Position numbers and translations under genes: made by a program
Source: Spirochaetia bacterium
GTDB taxonomy: Bacteria; Spirochaetota; Leptospiria; Leptospirales; Leptonemataceae
Direction of reading: 5' to 3'
DNA length: 64,000 nucleotides
Assembly (NCBI GenBank): GCA_021413825.1
Contig: JAIOPQ010000004.1
Span: 441 to 64,440, forward strand
Notes under the pieces: model-generated
Database searches by the model: none
What the model was told of the DNA's origin: nothing
The model's input: the letters and a program-made list of their open reading frames with translations, nothing else
In this document: one piece after another, positions 12,630 through 21,993 of the stretch
Position numbering within the stretch: position 1 is the first letter of the stretch
How the letters are laid out: each line of letters starts with the position of its first letter

Positions 12630-12734
12630 CCGGAATAGATAATTTGTGTGCCCTCAAGGGAAAGTAAAAATCATTCCGCAAAACCTTGTTGCCGCAGGGC
12701 GCCAGGTTTGCGTCTATGTAAATGTATGTTTCCC

Positions 12735-13082
12735 GGGGACGAATTGGCTTCGACTGCTGTGTTTTCGGGGTATTTGTTGCGTGTCGAGTTGAGGAACTCG
12801 TTAAAACCTCAAAAAGTTAACAGCCAACACAGAAATGGCCCTGGCCGCTTAATTTAAGCTCCAGCGCTCGCCGTAGCCTCGCCTTCTGGGCCGCGGGTCG
12901 AGTGTCAAATTAGGAAGGATGCGTTGGACGGGCTCAACCTGCAATCCAGCTAAGACTCACAGGTTGAAAATCTCGGCCAGGCCCCGTCGGCAGGCATCGT
13001 CCGGGATTATTAATTGCCGGATACGCACGTAGACGCAAATGCTTCGCACCGTAGGACGCGGGTTCGACTCCCGCCGTCTCCA
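12735..13082 (+). ncRNA. ssrA: tmRNA (transfer-messenger RNA)
   Basis: 5' GGGGACGAAUUGGCUUCGAC pairs with 3' ...GGACGCGGGUUCGACUCCCGCCGUCUCCA. The tRNA-Ala-like acceptor has the G3:U70 pair, and the T-arm is GCGGG UUCGACU CCCGC. The internal tag ORF GCC AAC ACA GAA ATG GCC CTG GCC GCT TAA (12823-12852) encodes ANTEMALAA, with the canonical ALAA end. CCA is not encoded. Confidence 0.93.
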
Positions 13083-13086
13083 ATAT

Positions 13087-13183
13087 TTGGCAGAGGGTGC
13101 CCTGCGTGCCGCGACGGACGTCCCTGTCCGACCGCGTCACGCGCTCCAACCTCCTGTCTCCGCTTCAGGGCACCCTCTGCCAA
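13087..13183. repeat. perfect 18-bp inverted repeat (long hairpin) immediately 3' of ssrA
   Basis: ttggcagagggtgccctg (13087-13104) is the exact reverse complement of cagggcaccctctgccaa (13166-13183). The loop is 61 nt and GC-rich, and no T-tract follows. Confidence 0.8.
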
Positions 13184-13373
13184 TTATCGGGGGCTCGGAA
13201 GTCAAACCGACGTCGCAGATTATCGGACGCAACAACCGTAATTTTTCTTTGAGACAATCGGAGTGGCACAAACGTGATTCCGGGTTCGTTCTTGTGTGCG
13301 CGTCAGCGCACTTTAATTGCGTGCGAAAGCACGCCACGCATCAAGCATTCGAGGAGCCGAAGGCGACGAGGAT

Positions 13374-13389
13374 ACTCCCGCCGTCTCCA
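13374..13389 (+). repeat. direct repeat of the last 16 nt of ssrA (att-like core)
   Basis: actcccgccgtctcca at 13374-13389 is identical to 13067-13082, which covers the 3' part of the T-loop, the T-stem, the acceptor strand and the discriminator of the tmRNA. Confidence 0.8.
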
Positions 13390-13558
13390 CAGAAACGGCA
13401 TGGGGGAAGGACGCCTTCGACGCGAACCTCCATGTCCGAGTCTCGGCGCGCTACGCCATCCGTGGATGCCGTGTCCAACTGGTGAGAGTCACGCTGAGAA
13501 TATGCAGTTCGCCCCTCGTTTGTTGATCGGAATCAGATTTTGGAATTTAATCCATCAT

Positions 13559-14026
13559 ATGAAAAAGAATTGGATTTTGTTGTCCGCTCTCCTGCTTCTC
13601 GTGAACTGTTGGTCTGAGCGCAGGGTTTGCGAAGAGTTCCATGGTGGTCTGGAGGAGGCCCAGATTGAGTGCGCGCTGTTGCTCCAATTGGCGCAGCAAT
13701 GCGAAGCGCGGAACGCGCGCGGTGAAATGGATCCCGCTACCGGCAAACCTGTCTCTTGTTCGAACTCCTCATTGCTATTCTGTGCCATCGCATTGCAAGG
13801 GCGACAAGACTGTAGCAAGAAGAGCAAAGTGCCGCTTTATCCAAAAGTTGTGCGGGCGTATGCTCCAGAATTCTGGACTCAGTTATCCTTGAGCGCCTTC
13901 CATTCGAATGCTCGGAGAAATTGCATTGTCTCCGCGCGATTCTCATCTTTGCCGTTGGCTGCGATGTTCGATTTAGTAGAACATTCGACGCGCTCCGGCC
14001 AGGAGGAGTTGGCTTCAAATGTGTAA
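13559..14026 (+). CDS. putative Cys-rich lipoprotein
   Basis: The internal ATG of ORF 13274..14026 gives MKKNWILLSALLLLVNCWSE (lipobox LVN-C). The upstream part of the tracked ORF is Arg-rich nonsense. The last ~49 codons overlap a convergent ORF, so the true 3' extent or integrity is uncertain. Confidence 0.45.
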   Translation: MKKNWILLSALLLLVNCWSERRVCEEFHGGLEEAQIECALLLQLAQQCEARNARGEMDPATGKPVSCSNSSLLFCAIALQGRQDCSKKSKVPLYPKVVRAYAPEFWTQLSLSAFHSNARRNCIVSARFSSLPLAAMFDLVEHSTRSGQEELASNV

Positions 14027-14196
14027 GCACACTCCTGAACCACTTTTACCGAATCAAGCATTGGACCCGGTGGCGCGGGTTTTCCCAGCTGCACAAAGAG
14101 TTTCTTCATGCTGGCTTCAATTGCCTCGTTCGCAGCCGATCCTTCTGCTGTGTAACGGATCACATTTCCTTGGAGGCCTTGAATGTTACCAAACAT
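13879..14196 (-). CDS. hypothetical small protein
   Basis: 105-aa ORF with protein-like composition (...NEAIEASMKKLFVQLGKPAPPGPMLDSVKVVQECAYTFEANSSWPERVECS...). No family recognised. It overlaps the 3' end of the lipoprotein ORF by 148 nt. The start may be the internal MKKLF. Confidence 0.4.
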   Translation of the reverse strand: MFGNIQGLQGNVIRYTAEGSAANEAIEASMKKLFVQLGKPAPPGPMLDSVKVVQECAYTFEANSSWPERVECSTKSNIAANGKDENRAETMQFLRAFEWKALKDN

Positions 14197-14211
14197 TCAA
14201 GGAGAATTGTT

Positions 14212-14612
14212 ATGTCATCAGAATCAAGAACACGCAAATGGATTGGAATTTCCATTAGCTTACTACCCATCCTTTTCTCACGTTTGACGGAGTAATTAAG
14301 ATCATCCGGATTCAACCCGTCGTTCAATCGTTCGCGGAGCTTGGATACCCCATCGAGCTTGCCCTGGGAATCGGAATCCTTCAACTTGCATGCGTCATGC
14401 TACTTGCATTTCCGCGCACTGCAGTTATGGGCGCTGTCTTACTCACGGGCTTTCTGGGAGGAGCGATTTCGGCACAGTTGCGTATTTCCGCACCGATGTT
14501 TTCGCATTCACTTTTTCCGCTCTATGTTGCAATTCCAATGTGGATTGGCATGTTCCTACGCGAAAACCGTCTGCTCGTCCTGCTCCCGTGGCGTAGGGAG
14601 GTCATGCGCTAA
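14212..14612 (+). pseudogene. DoxX-like (DoxX_2-type) membrane protein gene interrupted by a frameshift
   Basis: aaggag SD sits 6 nt before ATG 14212. Frame 1 gives MSSESRTRKWIGISISLLPILFSRLTE with a stop at 14293. The remaining DoxX-like sequence (FDGVIKIIRIQPVVQSFAELGYPIELALGIGILQLACVMLLAFPRTAVMGAVLLTGFLGGAISAQLRIS...) continues in the -1 frame from about 14283 to stop 14612. One indel near 14278-14292 restores a ~130-aa protein. Confidence 0.6.
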
Positions 14613-14750
14613 AACGGCACTCGCCAGGCTCGTGTTTGCCAGGGCTGACTGTTTTTTTCGCACACGGAACGATTGCGAATTTCTCGACCCTGTTCTCAAG
14701 TCCGGCTTTGGACTGTACAGGGAACGGCGCCAGGGGTAACACTGACATCA

Positions 14751-16595
14751 ATGCTAGAGTTTTCCTCGGAGATAAAAGCACACTTTGGCCTGGACTCGTT
14801 TCGTCCTGGCCAACGTGAAGCGATTGAATCGATCCTGGCCCTGCGGGACACCGTGGCATTGCTTCCAACGGGTGGCGGTAAATCGCTCATCTATCAACTG
14901 CCAGCCGTGCTTTCCAAAGGAATCACCCTGGTAGTTTCACCACTCATTGCGCTCATGAAAGATCAGGTCGATGCGCTTGTAGGACGCGGAATTGCTGCGG
15001 CCTATTGCAACTCAACTCAAGACGAAGTTGAGCAGATGAAAATACTGAGCGCGGCGGTGACAGGAAAACTGCGGCTACTTTTCATTTCACCCGAGAAAGC
15101 TGTGTCACATTCGTTCCTGCAACTTGTGAAACGAATGAACGTGAGTCTGATCGCTGTTGATGAAGCGCATTGTGTCTCCAAATGGGGCCACGATTTCAGA
15201 CCCGAATTCCGTCAGCTCCATACGCTGCGCGAAGTAGCAAGCAGCAATCCTCCGATCTGTGCTCTAACTGCAACGGCCACAACTCAGGTGATCGACGATA
15301 TTACGAAAGCGTTGCGAATGAAAGACCCGCAGATCATCAAACGAAGTTTCTTTAGGCCAAACCTGGCATTCAGCGTCCAGTATCCAGAGAATGAAGGGGA
15401 GAAAGAGGCTACTCTGCTTGGTTTGCTCGAAGAGATGAATTTCAGGAAAAGCGCAGGTAAATGCATCATCTACTGTTCCACGCGTGCAAAGGTCGATCGG
15501 GTTTGCGAAGTTCTGCGCGAACACAATTTCCGAGCCGGGAAATATCATGCGGGTAGGACCAGTGGAATTCGCGAGAAAACGCACGATTCGTACTCAACCG
15601 GAAAACTGAACGTACTCGCTGCAACCAATGCATTTGGCATGGGCATGGACGATCCGGATGTTCGCCTTATAGTTCACTACCAGGTTCCGTCATCGATCGA
15701 AGCATATTTTCAGGAGGCCGGTCGAGCCGGACGCAACGGAAATGCGGCGCGATGCGTACTATTCTATGCCAACGCGGACTTTGTAACCCAGAACTTCATT
15801 CTCGGCAAGGAGCGGAACCAGCAGTCCGGAGAGAACCTTCTCCGGGTGATGCGAGAGTACGGAATGAGTTCAATCTGCAGACAGAAATTTCTGTGCAATT
15901 ATTTTGGAGAGTCCGTTGAAGAATGTGGAACTTGCGATGTTTGCTCAGCCGGAGGAACTCCAGAACACATAGCCGAATATTTAGAATCGACTGCAGAAAA
16001 AAGGAAGGCGAAAGAATCAAGATCGCACCATGACTTCACGCCGTACGAAACCGAGATTGTTGCAGCTGCTCTCAAGCGCTATCCTGGAGTTTTCGGAAAG
16101 AAGATAATCGCAGGAATGCTGCATGGAAGCAAAGCCCGCGATATCCTGAAGTATCGGCTTGTGTCTTCGGACCTTTATGCGAAGCTTCCACACATTTCCG
16201 CAGACGCGATCATCAAGTACTTAGAAGATCAGATTTCAAGCGGCCAGATCAAAATAGCCGGTCAGAAATACCCCAAGATCTATCTGGCTGGTTTTGGCCC
16301 GCAAAGAGCCGAACGTGGAACAAAACACTCATCGACTGGAACCGGGAAGCCAAAGCGTGTATCTACACCTGAATCAGAGCTGATCAAACAGTTGAAGAAC
16401 TACAGAGATAACCAGGCGCGGAAACTCCGCTGGAAGAAGTTCATGGTAATGCAAAATGCAATTATTGTTCGGATCGCCCGGGCAAGACCCACGCACACAG
16501 GGGATCTACTCACAATAAAGGGCTTTGGCGCGGCTAAAGCAGATCGATTTGGCGAGGAAATATTGCGCATTGTGCATGAGCATCCGGATTCGTAG
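14751..16595 (+). CDS. recQ: ATP-dependent DNA helicase RecQ
   Basis: FGLDSFRPGQREAIESIL, Walker A PTGGGKSLIYQLP, DEAH box AVDEAHCVSKWGHDFRPEF, the RQC zinc motif CRQKFLCNYFGE..CGTCDVC, and a C-terminal HRDC-like region. The start is placed at ATG 14751 (MLEFSSEIKAHFG). Confidence 0.93.
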   Translation: MLEFSSEIKAHFGLDSFRPGQREAIESILALRDTVALLPTGGGKSLIYQLPAVLSKGITLVVSPLIALMKDQVDALVGRGIAAAYCNSTQDEVEQMKILSAAVTGKLRLLFISPEKAVSHSFLQLVKRMNVSLIAVDEAHCVSKWGHDFRPEFRQLHTLREVASSNPPICALTATATTQVIDDITKALRMKDPQIIKRSFFRPNLAFSVQYPENEGEKEATLLGLLEEMNFRKSAGKCIIYCSTRAKVDRVCEVLREHNFRAGKYHAGRTSGIREKTHDSYSTGKLNVLAATNAFGMGMDDPDVRLIVHYQVPSSIEAYFQEAGRAGRNGNAARCVLFYANADFVTQNFILGKERNQQSGENLLRVMREYGMSSICRQKFLCNYFGESVEECGTCDVCSAGGTPEHIAEYLESTAEKRKAKESRSHHDFTPYETEIVAAALKRYPGVFGKKIIAGMLHGSKARDILKYRLVSSDLYAKLPHISADAIIKYLEDQISSGQIKIAGQKYPKIYLAGFGPQRAERGTKHSSTGTGKPKRVSTPESELIKQLKNYRDNQARKLRWKKFMVMQNAIIVRIARARPTHTGDLLTIKGFGAAKADRFGEEILRIVHEHPDS

Positions 16596-16742
16596 AATTA
16601 CGGACGCGCAGGCGACTGACATTCTCCCTTTGCAAAATTCTGCTTCTAGACTCCCGTTCAACCTGAAAATCGTCCGGCTCATTCCCCAGGGCGTGCAACG
16701 GAACCAGGAGTACGTTAGGTTTCGATTTTCGGAGGGGAATCC

Positions 16743-19700
16743 ATGCGCACACGAGTTAGTATCAACATCCTGTTTTTTGTCCTGGTAAATCTCAGTTCAT
16801 GCGCGCAGTATCGAGGCCTTGAGGCATGGCTTGGATTGTTCCTGCTAGGTGGTCCTCCGCAAACAGTCGAACAGAATGCCATCGTCCTCCATCAAAGCGG
16901 CGGAACAACCGAAATCGGCGAGGGAGGGGCAACAGATACGATCGCTTACACTCTCGCACGCAAACCAGAAGGCCCAGTGTTTGTCACAGTGAGAAATGGT
17001 GCGGCTAGATTTCTTATGAATGGTCTTGCAACTTCTCAGGTTCTAGAATTCGATTCCAACTGTCCGTCGCCCAAATGCTTCGAGTCTCCGCAAACCCTCC
17101 TATTGACTGCAATCGACAACAACCTTGTAGACGGCGACGAAACTATCTCGGTCACAGCAAGTGCAAGTTCTTCTGATCCTTTTTTTGACGGTAAGACTGG
17201 CCCCACAGCAAGCGTGCGAGTCGCCGACAATGACGGTCCAGTCGCAATGAACCTCGGAACCACTTCGCTGACCCTTTCAGAGGGCGGCAGCAGCGGTTCG
17301 GCGGCAGTAGTCCTCTCGAAAGATCCTGGGAGCACTGTGGCGGTCGAAGTTGCTTTTCCAACCGGCCAGGTGCGAGTGAATGGCTCGGCCGTTTCGCCTG
17401 TCACGCTCACTTTCACCACAGCAAACTGGAATAGTCCGCAAACACTTACAATTGCTGCTTTCGACGATGCGATTGCCCAAGGTGTGCATACTCCAACAAT
17501 TACACTAAGCAGTCCTGATTTCTCAGATACCAAGTCAATTAGCCTGACGATCAACGATAACGATTCGCTGGGAGCTACTGTTGGTTTACCGGGAGGCGGA
17601 ATGACAGCGACCGAAGGCGGTTCCGGGAGTTCCTACACGATTAAGCTAACCAGCGAACCAACTGCAACGGTAACAATGAATCTAGCGTTCGGTGCCAACA
17701 TCAAAGTAAATGGCGCAGCCTCTCCTGTCACGCTGACCTTTACGACAGCGAACTGGAATTCAAATCAAACCCTCAACATCACCGCAGTTGACGATTCACT
17801 CCTTGAAGGAGCCCATAGCGATACAATCGTTCATACCCTTACTGGCGGCGGCTATGATTCGGTTGCCGTTTCTGATGTAACAATTGGAATTACAGACAAT
17901 GAAACCGCTGGGATTTCCATTACAGAAACCGGGGTCAACACTGCGATTGGGGAAGACGGGACAACGGATTCTTACTCGGTGAAATTGACGTCAATCCCGT
18001 CCGGACCGGTCACAATCAGCATCGCCTTTGACCCAGCACAAGTAAGCCTCAGCGGGCCGGCCGGCGCCAGTGGTGCCACATCACCGTACGCTTTTGATAT
18101 TGCAGCCGCAGACTGGAACACAGCTCAGACGATTACTGTGGCAGCTGTCAACGATTCCATTGTAGAAGGGGCGCATTCAGCCACACTGGTCCACAGTGCG
18201 AGCGGCGGCGGATTTTCAGCTGCTTCGTCGGTTAGCGTTACGGTGGGCATCACGGATAACGACAACCCTGGCTTGACTATAGTTCAAAGCTCCGGATCCA
18301 CCGGCGTCACCGAAGGAAGCTCCACTTCAGATTCCTATACAGTCGCTTTGTCGGCGCCGCCTTCCGCAAATGTGAATGTTGCCATTTCCTTTACCACCAC
18401 AGAATTGTCGGTCAATGGTAGTACGACTTCACCCCAGACTCTGACATTCACAACGAGTAACTGGAGTTCTGCGCAAACCGTAACGATTCTAGCACTCGCC
18501 GATTCCGTTGCACAAGGGGCGCACAATTCAACGATTCAACATACCATCAGCAGTGCCGGAGACTCGGTCTACAATGCTCTAGGGCACGTATCGGGTGCGG
18601 ATATCTCAGTGGCCATAACGGACAATCCGCAAAATGCATGGTGGAACAATAACTATGCGTATCGCAGAAAAATCTTCTTCGGCTGCAGCCACCCTGCCTT
18701 TAGTACGGACTACACGGCTTCGGTGAGCTTGAGCACAAACGAAACCTCCAGGTTCGATCCTTCAGGGAAGGACATCCGCGTTGTATGGCAGCCGTCTTCG
18801 GGTTCTGTGCAAGAATTGGATCGGGTTGGCTATGGCTGGAATACTGCAAATACAAGGATTGATTTCAAATTGAAATCTTCTATCGCGGCTAACGTTTGCC
18901 CGGAAGCCGCAGATGGATCGTACTATGTCTATTACAGGAATACGTCTGCCGGGGCCCCACCTGCGGATGAAACATTGGTCTATTACTTCGCTGACTTCTT
19001 TAATCGTGCTAACGGTGTGGCGACAATGGTTCTTTTCTTGGTGCAAACGGCCAGCATTGGATGGAATCCGGAGTTTCCGCAATGGTTTCCCCAACTGCAA
19101 TATCAGAGCCTTTCCGCACGGAGTTCGACTGGTTCGTGCCTGAGAGGGTTGACAAGTATACAAATCCGGACAATGGAAACGGATGGTCTCGGGATGTTAA
19201 CTGGCATGTGGGATTCAGCCTCGGTGATTTCGCAACAAATAGTCATCGCACAATCATCGGGGGCCGTACGGGGGATGTTGATTCCTGGGTTGGCGTCAAT
19301 CTATTGCTAGGTGAGGGTGAGGGTTCCACGCCGGATGAAAATTTTGCAGGCATCGGCTGTCCGAATTCGACGGGACGCACTTTTTGCGTTTACTTTGCAA
19401 TGAAACCCAGCTTCGACCAGGGGAATCTGACAAATCTCGTTAACAATGCTCCCGGCTTCACGCACAATCCTGGGAATTGGGATTCTCTTGTGGGTGAAAC
19501 AACAACAATGGCCATGCGTATTGACGTCACACCGTCGTCCAATCTCTACGACGTTTGGCTAAACGGAACACAACGGATGAGCTCGGTCCCATTCATCGTG
19601 CCCTCGGTACCCCTCACACACGTGCGAATTTTCGAAAGTCATTACACCGATTTCCTTGGCGGTGCATTGGCGTTCGATGCCCAACCCCCAATGAAATTCG

Positions 19701-19765
19701 ACAACCTGCGCGTCTTTTATCCGGCGGCAGCAACTATCGATTCTGAACAACCCAAGCCCCCTTGA
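16743..19765 (+). pseudogene. large surface lipoprotein (5 Calx-beta-like repeats + DUF2341-like + LamG/concanavalin-like C-terminus) split by a -1 frameshift
   Basis: GGAGG lies 7 nt upstream of ATG 16743, and the signal/lipobox is MRTRVSINILFFVLVNLSSC. ORF 16743..19310 turns to nonsense after ...YYFADFFNRANGV. The -1 frame, open from 19013, continues sensibly (GDNGSFLGANGQHWMESGVSAMVSPTAI...) to stop 19765. Joined length is about 1007 aa. This could be a real pseudogene or a sequencing indel near 19013-19030. Confidence 0.7.
16878..18629 (+). repeat. five tandem ~110-120-aa protein-level repeats (Calx-beta-like) inside the large lipoprotein
   Basis: Recurrent pattern: TEGGS..SYT(I/V)KLTS.P(T/S)..V...(L/I)AF....V(N)G...SP.TLTFTT(A/S)NW(N/S)..QT(L/V).I.A.DD(S/A)..(E/Q)GAH......(I/V)(T/N)D(N)(D/E). 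Repeat borders fall near aa 46, 166, 277, 391, 511 and 629. The DNA copies are diverged. Confidence 0.6.
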
Positions 19766-19857
19766 ACCATGCGGGGCTTAGTTCAAATCCGTGTCCCCGC
19801 CTGCGAGGAGCTTACGCAAGCGGGCTCGCCAGAGGACTCTCCGGTCAGTCAGAGTAC

Positions 19858-21948
19858 TTAGTTTACTGTAAAACTCCTGGACGTCGCCGTATAGGCGCTG
19901 ATGGCTCCGGACCAGCCTGATTTCCAATTGCCGTAGTGGCGAATTCGGTACGTTCCGGAAGTCGTGGTGGGTGGAATGGACCATTTAATGGTGACCAGGG
20001 AATTCGCGACTCCATCGCGCGCCCATTGGTACTTTGTTTCCGGATCCCAATCCGAGGCGATGGTAACCCATGACGATCCCACGAGGCGCTGAACCTCGAG
20101 GAATGTAGATTGCAGCTTAAGATTATTTCTGGGATGTGCTCCCCAGAAAACCACGCTCGCCACTGAACCCTTCGAATAGGAAGCAGCGGCATCAGTTTTT
20201 ACATCGCCAAATTCTTTGAATAGCGGCTTATCGTCAAACACCACACCTGTAATTAGACTCGACTGATTGTTGATTAGATTCCTGGGAGTGGGACCGGGGC
20301 TAACAGACGTTCCATCTCGCATTGCACGGGCCAATCGCGAATATTCTTGTTGCATTGCAGGCAGCTGATTTGGACCAAAATGTGTGGATGCGCCTTCATA
20401 GTGCTGCGCTGAATATTCTTCTGGAGTTGCTACGTACCCGGCGTAAGCATTGGCAAGCCCTGCAATCACCACATCTGTGACCCCGTCGGCCTGTAGTTCT
20501 GCTGCTACTGTTTCGCGCAGACGACGTCCGCACATAGTTGTGCACTCAAACGGTACGCCAACAATTGCCAGGCTTCCCAGGCGCATGATATGCACCGGTA
20601 ATACTTCTGGAGTCCAGGGATACGGCGTCATCCTACCTGTTGTCAGTAGCACGACTTTCTTGTCGTGGCATGCCTGATCCTCTGGAACAAGCGTAAAGAA
20701 TGGCCAACTTACACCATCGTAGGCCAGGCCTTCTGATACGAATGAAACACCGGGACCGTCCTCAGTACTGCCCGCAATCATGGACATACCGATTGCAGCT
20801 TTGCAGGTTTTTTTGAGCACGCTTCCAGTCCATTGCGCTGCGACATTGATATTGGAATAGTCCACGTAGGCATGTCTATAATCCACGCCTCCGGACATTG
20901 CGCGACCTCCACTGTTGTATAAGGCCACGGCCCCGTCGTACTGACGATTGCCAATTGTGTAGGTGCGATCAAAATCGTTCACGTTATCCGGAACTCCCCA
21001 GAGATTGGGAGAAACGTCACCCTCATTGCTATTTGAGAACGCAGCTACAAACGTATCTGCGGAAGAATATGTTGTGGCTTTCAGCTTCTCAAAACGATAG
21101 GCAGCATACCCCTTGTTATCGCCGCTGATCAATCTGTTCTTATTACCTATGTTTGTTGCGTGAACCGCAAACCAGTTTAGTAGACCAAGTTCACGGCCAT
21201 CTATGCCAGTAAACTTGAGCAATGTCATTTTCTTATCTGTATCGCTTGTGTATCTGGATCGCTCCGCAGCTGGATTCTTTGCATAAGCAATGGGCGATCG
21301 ATTCATGCCGGCATCGACCACATCACCCGTATTGAATTGAATGTTTGCAGTTCGCATGTTGTTATGCGCACGAACTATCGACTGATAGATTCCATCTACG
21401 ATTGCGTTGTAGTTTTGTGAGTCATAACCAAGGATTGTGAGATTATACAGAGCGTAGTGTGAGTATCCACCGGGACCGCTGTGGGTATGGGTTGCAGCAA
21501 TCATGACATTCTCGTCGGAGTAAATTCCCCCGTAAGTGCTCATGAGTTTGTTAATGACTCCTTGTTTAACAGATTGAAACACCTGCCCAAGGTCAGCAGT
21601 AACATAAACGATTCGCTTTCCGTTGCAAGGACTCTCAACTACAAAGGCCCGCGAGCGCAGGCGCATATGAATACCAGCTGTCTTTTGTTCGACCACCGCA
21701 TATCCCATCATGCCAAGCTCAGCTGCAGAACCTGTAATATCGTATATTCCGCGGCCCAAGTTAAATCTATCGCTCGTAAAACAGGTTCCACCGAAGGCTC
21801 CACCTGCGGTTAGATTATTGGTGCCATTTTCCCCGGTGGAATTCTCTCCGCCAGGAATCAAAGGAACATTGGTCTTACTATCTTCACCGCTGCACGCGGC
21901 AACGAGCAGCAGAATTAACATCTGCAAAATTCTTCGCGTCAATAACAT
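19858..21948 (-). CDS. neutral/alkaline ceramidase-family lipoprotein
   Basis: 696 aa. Signal/lipobox MLILLLVAACSG. Ceramidase_alk hallmarks GYAVVEQKTAGIHMRLRSRAFVV and ATHTHSGPGGYSHY, plus the C-terminal beta-sandwich tail typical of bacterial neutral ceramidases. Confidence 0.85.
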   Translation of the reverse strand: MLLTRRILQMLILLLVAACSGEDSKTNVPLIPGGENSTGENGTNNLTAGGAFGGTCFTSDRFNLGRGIYDITGSAAELGMMGYAVVEQKTAGIHMRLRSRAFVVESPCNGKRIVYVTADLGQVFQSVKQGVINKLMSTYGGIYSDENVMIAATHTHSGPGGYSHYALYNLTILGYDSQNYNAIVDGIYQSIVRAHNNMRTANIQFNTGDVVDAGMNRSPIAYAKNPAAERSRYTSDTDKKMTLLKFTGIDGRELGLLNWFAVHATNIGNKNRLISGDNKGYAAYRFEKLKATTYSSADTFVAAFSNSNEGDVSPNLWGVPDNVNDFDRTYTIGNRQYDGAVALYNSGGRAMSGGVDYRHAYVDYSNINVAAQWTGSVLKKTCKAAIGMSMIAGSTEDGPGVSFVSEGLAYDGVSWPFFTLVPEDQACHDKKVVLLTTGRMTPYPWTPEVLPVHIMRLGSLAIVGVPFECTTMCGRRLRETVAAELQADGVTDVVIAGLANAYAGYVATPEEYSAQHYEGASTHFGPNQLPAMQQEYSRLARAMRDGTSVSPGPTPRNLINNQSSLITGVVFDDKPLFKEFGDVKTDAAASYSKGSVASVVFWGAHPRNNLKLQSTFLEVQRLVGSSWVTIASDWDPETKYQWARDGVANSLVTIKWSIPPTTTSGTYRIRHYGNWKSGWSGAISAYTATSRSFTVN

Positions 21949-21993
21949 GGAATCCCCCCACAGGCCGCTGCCTGCTGATTCAAGACCTATAGA

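Noticed and set aside
13014-13526. ORFs 13014..13241, 13039..13485, 13137..13337(-), 13317..13526 and the 5' part of 13274..14026 across and after ssrA
   Set aside because: They overlap the tmRNA gene or the GC-rich hairpin region. Translations are Arg/Pro/Ser-rich with no start context, which looks like an artefact of high GC rather than coding sequence.
14160-14384. 74-aa minus-strand ORF
   Set aside because: It is antisense to the frameshifted DoxX-like gene, whose two frames explain the region much better.
19010-19035. Programmed -1 ribosomal frameshift in the large lipoprotein gene
   Set aside because: There is no X XXY YYZ slippery heptamer and no obvious downstream stimulatory structure at the frame junction. 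A mutation or sequencing indel is the simpler explanation.
19771-19800. tRNA-like fragment gcggggcttaGTTCAAATCCgtgtccccgc between the big lipoprotein gene and the ceramidase gene
   Set aside because: It contains a T-loop-like GTTCAAATCC and a 6-bp outer stem, but the flanking T-stem halves (cttag / ccgtg) do not pair and there is no D-arm or anticodon arm upstream. It is most simply a weak hairpin at a convergent junction. A tRNA relic or att remnant cannot be shown from sequence alone.
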